From Chitinophaga sp. (GTDB lineage Bacteria > Bacteroidota > Bacteroidia > Chitinophagales > Chitinophagaceae), in the NCBI RefSeq assembly GCF_036566945.1, contig NZ_DATCVJ010000399.1:1-38809 (forward strand): a DNA stretch of 38,809 nt. Direction: 5' to 3'. Below the pieces are notes generated by a model that saw only the letters and a program-made list of their open reading frames with translations, was not told the DNA's origin and made no database searches. Within the stretch, counting starts at the first letter, position 1; each line of letters begins with the position of its first letter. Below, piece after piece: positions 29,147-35,995 of this stretch. A program made the translations under genes and the position numbers.

Positions 29147-30919
29147 ATGAAAATATATACCTTGTTGCTGCCGTTAAGTATGTTGCTGCTGAGTGAAATG
29201 CCCGCCCAGGCACAGTTGCCGCCGGTGTTTGACAGCAGTCGCATGGCCACGGTTCAAACAACACCTACCGTGCGGCGGTATCTGTCTCCCGAAAAAATTA
29301 TATGGCAAACAGATAATACGGGCAGCAGCATTACCAACGCAGCACGCTTCCTCTTACCCGGCAACGGACAGGCGGACCTGGCCAATCAAAATATGTGTGT
29401 GCTGAAAAGCACGGCCACAGAGCATCCCGGCATCCTATTCGACTTTGGGAAAGAGCTGCACGGTGGTTTGCAACTGGTGACCGGCATGTTTAAAAGTGGA
29501 AAGCCTGTGAAGCTGCGGGTACGCTTCGGTGAATCCGTCAGCGAAGCAATGAGCGATATTGAGCCAGGTAAAAATGCGACTAACGACCACGCCATCCGTG
29601 ATATGATCGTAGAAGTGCCGTGGTTGGGTAAACTGGAAGTGGGCAATACCGGTTTCCGCTTTGTGCGCATCGATCTGTTGGACGACAATGCCGAGCTGCA
29701 ACTCAAAGAAGTAAGGGCCATTTTCATTTACAGAGACCTGCCTTACCTCGGCTCCTTCAAGTGCAGCGATGACCTGCTCAACCAGATCTGGATGACCGGC
29801 GCCTATACTGTTCACCTCAACATGCAGGACTATTTATGGGATGGCATTAAGCGCGACCGCCTCGTGTGGATTGGCGACATGCACCCCGAAACGTCTACCA
29901 TCAGCGCGGTGTTTGGGTATAATGACGTAGTTCCTAAAAGCCTGGACCTGTCACGCGATATTACCCCGCTGCCACAATACATGAATGGCATGGTATCGTA
30001 TTCTATGTGGTGGGTGCTTATTCAGCGCGACTGGTACCTGCATACCGGCAATCTTGATTATCTGAAACAACAGGCCGGTTATCTGAAAGGCTTGCTGGAT
30101 CATTTGTCTAAGAAAATCGACGATAATAACAGCGAGGACTTACAGGATGGTACCCGTTTCCTGGACTGGCCTTCCAGCGAAAATAAAGCGGGTATACACG
30201 CAGGCTTACAAGCCATGATGATCATGACGCTTAATGCCGGCGCGGCACTCAGCAAGGTGTTGAACGATGACGCCAGCGTAAAAAAATGCGAAGCTGCTAT
30301 CGCCCGCCTCAAAAAAAATGTGCCGGACGCTAATGGCTCTAAACAGGCCGCTGCCTTACTCGCCTTGTCGGGCCTGGTGCCTGCCGAAAAAATCAACCAC
30401 GATATTTTATCCGTAGGCGGTGTAAAAGATTATTCCACTTTTTATGGTTACTATATGTTGCAGGCAAAAGCCAAAGCCGGCGACTACCAGGGAGGGCTAA
30501 ACGATATTCGTACTTATTGGGGGGCCATGCTTAAACTGGGAGCTACCACCTTCTGGGAAGACTTTAACATGGACTGGCTGCACAATGCGTCCCGCATTGA
30601 TACGTTGGTACAACCCGGACAAAAAGATATTCATGGTGATTATGGTGCTTACTGTTATAAAGGTTTCCGTCATAGTTTATGCCATGGCTGGGCATCCGGT
30701 CCTACGCCATGGTTAACAGAACATGTATTGGGCATCTCCGTAGTGGTCCCGGGTTGTAAAGTGATTAAAGTAGTGCCGCATTTGGGAGATCTGCAATTTG
30801 CAGAAGGTACTTTTCCTACGCCTTATGGTGTGGTAACGGTGAAGCATACACGCCTGGCAAATGGAAAAATTAAATCAGATATTAAAGCACCGGCGCAGGT
30901 GAAAATTATCAGGGAGTAA
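29147..30919 (+). CDS. GH78 alpha-L-rhamnosidase (short form)
   Basis: DFGKELHG, GFRF, WDGIKRDRLVWIGD, GATTFWE, SLCHGWASGP. Signal peptide AQA/Q; ATG 29147. Confidence 0.9.
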   Translation: MKIYTLLLPLSMLLLSEMPAQAQLPPVFDSSRMATVQTTPTVRRYLSPEKIIWQTDNTGSSITNAARFLLPGNGQADLANQNMCVLKSTATEHPGILFDFGKELHGGLQLVTGMFKSGKPVKLRVRFGESVSEAMSDIEPGKNATNDHAIRDMIVEVPWLGKLEVGNTGFRFVRIDLLDDNAELQLKEVRAIFIYRDLPYLGSFKCSDDLLNQIWMTGAYTVHLNMQDYLWDGIKRDRLVWIGDMHPETSTISAVFGYNDVVPKSLDLSRDITPLPQYMNGMVSYSMWWVLIQRDWYLHTGNLDYLKQQAGYLKGLLDHLSKKIDDNNSEDLQDGTRFLDWPSSENKAGIHAGLQAMMIMTLNAGAALSKVLNDDASVKKCEAAIARLKKNVPDANGSKQAAALLALSGLVPAEKINHDILSVGGVKDYSTFYGYYMLQAKAKAGDYQGGLNDIRTYWGAMLKLGATTFWEDFNMDWLHNASRIDTLVQPGQKDIHGDYGAYCYKGFRHSLCHGWASGPTPWLTEHVLGISVVVPGCKVIKVVPHLGDLQFAEGTFPTPYGVVTVKHTRLANGKIKSDIKAPAQVKIIRE

Positions 30920-30941
30920 ACTTTTTTTCTCAACGTGGTCT

Positions 30942-30973
30942 AAGGCAGCTTCCGGTTATCGGAGCTGCTTTTT
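30942..30973 (+). terminator. Rho-independent terminator of the rha/rhamnosidase unit
   Basis: AAGGCAGCTTCCGG-TTAT-CGGAGCTGC followed by a T-run, between convergent genes. Confidence 0.7.
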
Positions 30974-31648
30974 CTATGCAGGTATAAACTCGCTCAAATC
31001 CACATCCCGTATATCAAAATCTTTCTTATGCCGGATAATATCCGGATGTAGGTATAGCTTGTAATCCTTGATCACAAAGGGATTGTCAGGATCCGTTTCG
31101 TCCGGATTGGCATCACTGATCTTCAACGTTTGTTTAATTTCTTTCAACGCATTTTGTAGCCGGACGGCATTGAGCTGGGCGAGTGGCAGCTGCCATTGAA
31201 ACTGGTGCGTATGATCAATGGATATAGGTACCCAAACGCTTTTAGAGGTAGAAACGTTGAGGTCTCTGTCAAAAAAAAGCACATCTTCTATGGTGATCAG
31301 ATCGGCCTGTATACCGGCTTCTCCATTGGGAAGCATCACTTTGCCATAGCCGCCGATGCTGAAAATACTTAGCGCGTTTTTTCCTGCCAGCACCGCTTTC
31401 AGATTCGCCATAAAGTCAGGGAGGTTGTCTCCCGGTATAGCGATAATATCGTCTAAACGTATATACGTAGGCGTGAGTAGATCGTATTTAATGGTGATCG
31501 CGAGTACCCGTTCAAGATCTTCAAATACCGTATCGGGTATTGGCGCACCTTTTTGCAGGGCTTGTATTGTTGGATATCCTTCAGGGGCATCGTCATAAAA
31601 ATACCAGGTATTATGATAGCCACTATCCGGGAAATCAACATGTTCCAT
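30974..31648 (-). CDS. Hypothetical protein, 224 aa
   Basis: Fills the gap between the terminator and marR. Own TAnnTTTG element (TATATTTG, minus strand 31680-31687). No family recognised. Confidence 0.7.
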   Translation of the reverse strand: MEHVDFPDSGYHNTWYFYDDAPEGYPTIQALQKGAPIPDTVFEDLERVLAITIKYDLLTPTYIRLDDIIAIPGDNLPDFMANLKAVLAGKNALSIFSIGGYGKVMLPNGEAGIQADLITIEDVLFFDRDLNVSTSKSVWVPISIDHTHQFQWQLPLAQLNAVRLQNALKEIKQTLKISDANPDETDPDNPFVIKDYKLYLHPDIIRHKKDFDIRDVDLSEFIPA

Positions 31649-31708
31649 AATGAGGTGAGTTTGGTGAAGGGCAAGAGAACAAATATAGTGTTTTTGCCGC
31701 TGGGTACC

Positions 31709-32161
31709 TCATTGGGATAACAATACCCGCAGCGCCCTGTTAAGCTCGCCCACTTTGGCTCCCAGTGGTGCAAAGAAGTCTTTGTCGAACTTTTCCACTA
31801 CTTTTATCGCCTGCCGGGTCACTTTTTCGCCGGCTTCTGTTAAGGCAACGGTTTTTGCCCGGGTATCGGTGGCATGTTCCTTTCTTTGCAGCAATCCTTT
31901 GGTCTGCAAGGTGCGCAATACCGTGGAGGTGGTCATCGGATCTATTTTGGAATGTGCAGAGAGAAGAATTTGGGTCACCGGTTCATTTTGCTGCATCAGC
32001 CATAGCGTACTGGCTAACAGCACAAACTGGGAATGCGTCAGATCATATTTTTCCAGGGCTTTCCTGATCTCTCTTTGCCATAAGCTGGTCACCTGCCACA
32101 ACAGAAAGCCCGGACTATCCTCCGCCGCTGCTACACTAAAAGCATTATCGTCTTTTTTCAT
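31709..32161 (-). CDS. MarR-family transcriptional regulator
   Basis: SPGFLLWQV, LTHSQFVLL, DPMTTSTVLRTL, DTRAK..LT..G. Confidence 0.93.
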   Translation of the reverse strand: MKKDDNAFSVAAAEDSPGFLLWQVTSLWQREIRKALEKYDLTHSQFVLLASTLWLMQQNEPVTQILLSAHSKIDPMTTSTVLRTLQTKGLLQRKEHATDTRAKTVALTEAGEKVTRQAIKVVEKFDKDFFAPLGAKVGELNRALRVLLSQ

Positions 32162-32184
32162 CGCGCTTTTTTTTGCAAAAATAA

Positions 32185-32604
32185 TTATAGTTTACTGGCT
32201 ACCCGCACCTGGTTTTGCATTTCTTCGGGTAAATGGTTAACGATGTCCTGCGCTACTATTTTCTTCCATAAAAAGCCCAGTACACCGGATACTGTCATGG
32301 TAACGGTCAGCTTCAATCCTTCAGGGGTATCTTCAAAAGTATGCTCACCGTACATTTTGGCTAAAGGGAAGTGGGTGAGATCCACAAATTTTTTGTTGGG
32401 AATGGTTTCATACAATTCGATTTTGATTTTGGGGCCTTTCTTAGGTTTCAGCAGGAAATGATTGCCCTTTTCAAATGCGCCGTCCAGTTTGGCATATTCA
32501 ATACCATTGTCCCAGGTATGCCAGTTGTTAACGTCTGCAAACAGCTTCCACATTTGTTCTTTGGTAGCTTCTTTAGTAACGAGGGTGTGAGATTGTGACC
32601 ACAT
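32185..32604 (-). CDS. SRPBCC / polyketide cyclase-dehydrase family protein
   Basis: ATKEQMWKL..DVNNWHTWD START-like N-terminus; 139 aa; paired with MarR. Confidence 0.8.
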   Translation of the reverse strand: MWSQSHTLVTKEATKEQMWKLFADVNNWHTWDNGIEYAKLDGAFEKGNHFLLKPKKGPKIKIELYETIPNKKFVDLTHFPLAKMYGEHTFEDTPEGLKLTVTMTVSGVLGFLWKKIVAQDIVNHLPEEMQNQVRVASKL

Positions 32605-32643
32605 AAAATTTGTTTTTTAGAATGAATAATTATTTTATAAGTG

Positions 32644-32674
32644 CAAATATAATAAGTGTACTTATTATAGCAAA
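32644..32674 (-). promoter_or_regulatory. Bacteroidota promoter with palindromic (probable MarR) operator
   Basis: TTTG-N19-TATATTTG on the minus strand; TAATAAGT-GT-ACTTATTA (32650-32667) sits in the spacer. Confidence 0.75.
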
Positions 32675-32709
32675 ATAAATTATTACAAGATAAGTAGACG
32701 AGAGGCTAC

Positions 32710-34068
32710 TTAAACCTGCGGATGCTCCCAGGGCCCCCGGTAGGGTCGCTGTAAAAGTGCTGTAGCAGCGGGATCGCCGGTAATAATTCTTTTGTGTGGA
32801 TCATATACCACCGGTCTGCCGGTTTGCAGGGAAATATTAGCGAGAATACAGCTGGCAGTGGAAATATGTCCTTCTTCGATATCCGCTACCGGCCTGCCGC
32901 CATTTTTAATAGCTCCCAGGAAATTAAGCATATGCAGCCGCGTGGCGGGAGCCGCATTCAGCTCTATGGCCGGTTCGGTCACATCTTCCGGGTATTTCTC
33001 TTTTTCATACACCACATCTTTATGGATAGGGGTACCATTACCCTCGGGTATAAAGTCGTAAGACATGGTGCTGGCGGCGAGGGTACCTTTTTCTCCGTAC
33101 AACTTAAACGACCAGGGATATTTGGGATCTGCCGGGGTGCCCCAGCTACGGTGCTGCCATACACAGTTAAGTCCATCGTACTCGAAAATGGCCGATTGGG
33201 TATCGGTAATATTTGATTTGCCTTCTTTCTGTACATAGATGCCGCCGGTAGAACTGATGCGCGTAGGCCAGCCCAGTTGCAGCATCCAGCGTACGGTGTC
33301 GAACATATGCACGCACATATCGCCCATAATACCGTTGCCATATTCCATAAAGGTGCGCCACCAGCGTACATGTGGTATGCCGTCGTAAGGCCGCAGGGGA
33401 GCGGGGCCTGTCCACATGTCGTAATCAAAATAGTCTGGTACTGCCTGCACTGGCGGGTTGCCATTGTTACGCATATGATAGTAGCAGCACATTTCTACAT
33501 GAGATACCTTCCCCAATAATCCGGCATCTACAATATTCTTTTTGGCATCAATCAGGTGAGGGGTACTTTTCCGTTGCGTACCTACCTGTACCACCCGGTT
33601 GTATTTACGCGCAGCGGCTACCATGGCTTCTCCCTCTATTACATCTACACTGATAGGCTTTTGTACATACACATGCGCACCTGCCTGGAGGGCTGCTATC
33701 GTTTGTAAGGCATGCCAGTGATCCGGCGTACCTATCAGCACAATGTCCAGCTCATTTTCAGACAACAACTTGCGGTAATCGGTGTACAGCCGGGGCATGG
33801 CGCCGGAAGCCTGCCGTTTACGCACCATTTCGCCGGCAGCCTGCAGCATATTTTTATCTGCATCGCACAAGGCCACCACCTTTACCGGGGCTACCTGTAT
33901 CAGGCGGAATAAATCACTTTTTCCATACCAGCCGGTGCCTATCAGGGCCACCCGGTAAGGTTTGTCAGGATTAATAAAATCAAGTGCGCTGGCGCCTATC
34001 GCGGAAAGTGCGAGGGTAGCCGTGGCCCCTTTCAGAAAGCGGCGACGGTTAATGTTGAACTGGTCCAT
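32710..34068 (-). CDS. Tat-exported Gfo/Idh/MocA oxidoreductase
   Basis: NRRRFLK Tat motif, LIGTGWYG, TPDHWH, YVQKP, QVGTQ, GDMCVH. Confidence 0.92.
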   Translation of the reverse strand: MDQFNINRRRFLKGATATLALSAIGASALDFINPDKPYRVALIGTGWYGKSDLFRLIQVAPVKVVALCDADKNMLQAAGEMVRKRQASGAMPRLYTDYRKLLSENELDIVLIGTPDHWHALQTIAALQAGAHVYVQKPISVDVIEGEAMVAAARKYNRVVQVGTQRKSTPHLIDAKKNIVDAGLLGKVSHVEMCCYYHMRNNGNPPVQAVPDYFDYDMWTGPAPLRPYDGIPHVRWWRTFMEYGNGIMGDMCVHMFDTVRWMLQLGWPTRISSTGGIYVQKEGKSNITDTQSAIFEYDGLNCVWQHRSWGTPADPKYPWSFKLYGEKGTLAASTMSYDFIPEGNGTPIHKDVVYEKEKYPEDVTEPAIELNAAPATRLHMLNFLGAIKNGGRPVADIEEGHISTASCILANISLQTGRPVVYDPHKRIITGDPAATALLQRPYRGPWEHPQV

Positions 34069-34145
34069 GTCGTGGAATTAATGAAGCAAAAAATAGGTTT
34101 CCTGTTCAGCAGGAAGATAGTTTAACCAGTAAGAAAGATAATAAT

Positions 34146-34751
34146 TCAGGCGAAGAAATTATAGCCTACGGATAATATTAATAATATCAGCTCCTGTCCG
34201 TTGAATTCTTTTCTGAGGATAGCCAGGGCTTTACCAATATGTTTTTCTACGGTGTTAACGGAGATGCCTAATCGTTCGGCAATCCCTTTATTGGTCAGCA
34301 GTTCAAAGCGGCTTAGTTCAAATACTTCCCGGCATTTTTCCGGCATCTGTGCCAGCGTTTGCCGGAAGCGCATTTCAAGTGCCTTACCATCAATAGTGGG
34401 TTGTATAATATTATGGGGCACCTGGATCGCCGCAATGTTGGCGTGATGCGCTTCATGAATCAGCTGGTTGCGGAATTCATTGAGGATACGGTTTTTCAAG
34501 CTGGTGAGCAGATACGGCTTTACCGGCTGCCGGACGTCCAGCAAATGCCTCCGCTCATAAAAACGAACAAATACTTCCTGTACAGCATCGTCTGCGGCAG
34601 CTTTGGAGGGGAGCCTCTTGTAAGCAGTGCGGTACATCACATCTATGTAACGTTGGTACAGTGTTTTGAATGCGGCTTCATCATCCTGCTTCATGGCTGT
34701 TAGCAGGCGTTCATCAGGTAAGTCGGCATATATCACGTTAAAATCAGTCAT
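34146..34751 (-). CDS. ECF sigma-70 factor (Bacteroidota PUL type)
   Basis: AFKTLYQRY, DAVQEVF, MPEKCREVFELSR, IAERLGISVNTVEKHIGKAL. Confidence 0.95.
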   Translation of the reverse strand: MTDFNVIYADLPDERLLTAMKQDDEAAFKTLYQRYIDVMYRTAYKRLPSKAAADDAVQEVFVRFYERRHLLDVRQPVKPYLLTSLKNRILNEFRNQLIHEAHHANIAAIQVPHNIIQPTIDGKALEMRFRQTLAQMPEKCREVFELSRFELLTNKGIAERLGISVNTVEKHIGKALAILRKEFNGQELILLILSVGYNFFA

Positions 34752-34904
34752 TAGTCACGTACAGGTTACAGGTTCACGCATGAAAAGTATTTAAAAAAAA
34801 TGAGAAATGGAATTATTGCTGATTTCCATCTCCCTAAAAAAAAATTTCATTTGGAATGGCGGTAAAGTAATCCTGATGTGTTTACATAGAAAGACATCCA
34901 CCTT

Positions 34905-35870
34905 ATGAACGCAAAAAAATTGGCCGACCTCCTGCAAAAATACCAGGACGGCCAGTGTACGGAAGAGGAGCGTTACCTCATTGAGAAGTTCTATCAGGGC
35001 TTCGATGCCGATGAGGATACTTTGCCTGGCAGCAACAGCATGCAGCCAGCTTATGATGCGCTGTACGAGCAGGTTTTAAGTAAGATAAAAGAACGGCCGG
35101 TAACGATAAAAAGATCATTTCCATACCGCCGGCTGGCCACTGCCGCCGCTGTACTGCTGCTATGTGGGGCCGCTACTGCCTGGTTTTTCCTGCCGGAAAA
35201 GAAGGCGGAGAAAATGGCTGTCGCCAACAAAACGGAGAAGGCAAAGAAGCGCTTTATCAAACTGTCGGACGGCAGCTCGGTACTGTTGAACGCACAGAGT
35301 GAATTAAAATATCCGCCGGTATTCGCAGGCGATACCCGCGAAGTATATCTCAGCGGGGAAGCGTACTTCGATGTTACCGCCAACAGCCGGCAGCCGTTTA
35401 TTGTGCATACCGGTAAAGTGGCCACCACCGTGTTGGGCACCGTGTTTAACGTAAAGGCATTACCCGGCGATAAAGCAGTCACGGTGACCGTAGAACAGGG
35501 AAAGGTAAGGGTAGAAGCCAATGGTAAACCACTGGGTGTGATAGGATCTAACCAGCAGATCGCCGTGAATCAAAGCGTTGCCGGCTATGAGAAAAATGAT
35601 ACGGTGAATGTACTGCCGGTAATGAACTGGGTAAAAGAAGACCTGGTATTTAATAACGTGACGTACGAGGAAGCGGCTAAAGTGCTGACGGAGCAATATG
35701 GTATCACGGTGGTGTTTCACCAGTCCCATCTGCAGCATTGCCGGTTTACCACCTCCTTTAAAAATCAATCATCACTGGAAGATATCCTGACGGTACTCTG
35801 TGCATTTAATCAGTCGACCTACCGGATCAAAGATAGTATCGTGACCATCAGTGGAGGAAATTGTCAATAA
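34905..35870 (+). CDS. fecR: FecR-family anti-sigma factor
   Basis: Single TM helix; LSDGSSVLLNAQSEL, REVYLSGEAYFDV, VLGTVFNV; C-terminal W..L.F domain. Confidence 0.93.
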   Translation: MNAKKLADLLQKYQDGQCTEEERYLIEKFYQGFDADEDTLPGSNSMQPAYDALYEQVLSKIKERPVTIKRSFPYRRLATAAAVLLLCGAATAWFFLPEKKAEKMAVANKTEKAKKRFIKLSDGSSVLLNAQSELKYPPVFAGDTREVYLSGEAYFDVTANSRQPFIVHTGKVATTVLGTVFNVKALPGDKAVTVTVEQGKVRVEANGKPLGVIGSNQQIAVNQSVAGYEKNDTVNVLPVMNWVKEDLVFNNVTYEEAAKVLTEQYGITVVFHQSHLQHCRFTTSFKNQSSLEDILTVLCAFNQSTYRIKDSIVTISGGNCQ

Positions 35871-35913
35871 TAATTTAAAAGAACAGATATGCCACCATCA
35901 TTACCTATATGCT

Positions 35914-35947
35914 AAAAAAGCAACCCTGGCTGCTACCAGGATTGCTT
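35914..35947 (-). terminator. Hairpin with minus-strand U tract in the fecR-susC intergenic region
   Basis: A-run, then AAGCAA-C-CCTGG-N6-CCAGG-A-TTGCTT. Terminator polarity is antisense to fecR/susC. Confidence 0.45.
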
Positions 35948-35995
35948 AACAGGTCTTAAATACTTATGTAGAACACTTAAAACCAATTGCAATTT

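Noticed and set aside
34761-34832. ACAGGTT x2 and an imperfect ATGGAA/TTCCAT inverted repeat between the sigma gene and fecR
   Set aside because: Too short or imperfect to separate from chance. An ECF promoter is expected here but cannot be placed from sequence alone.
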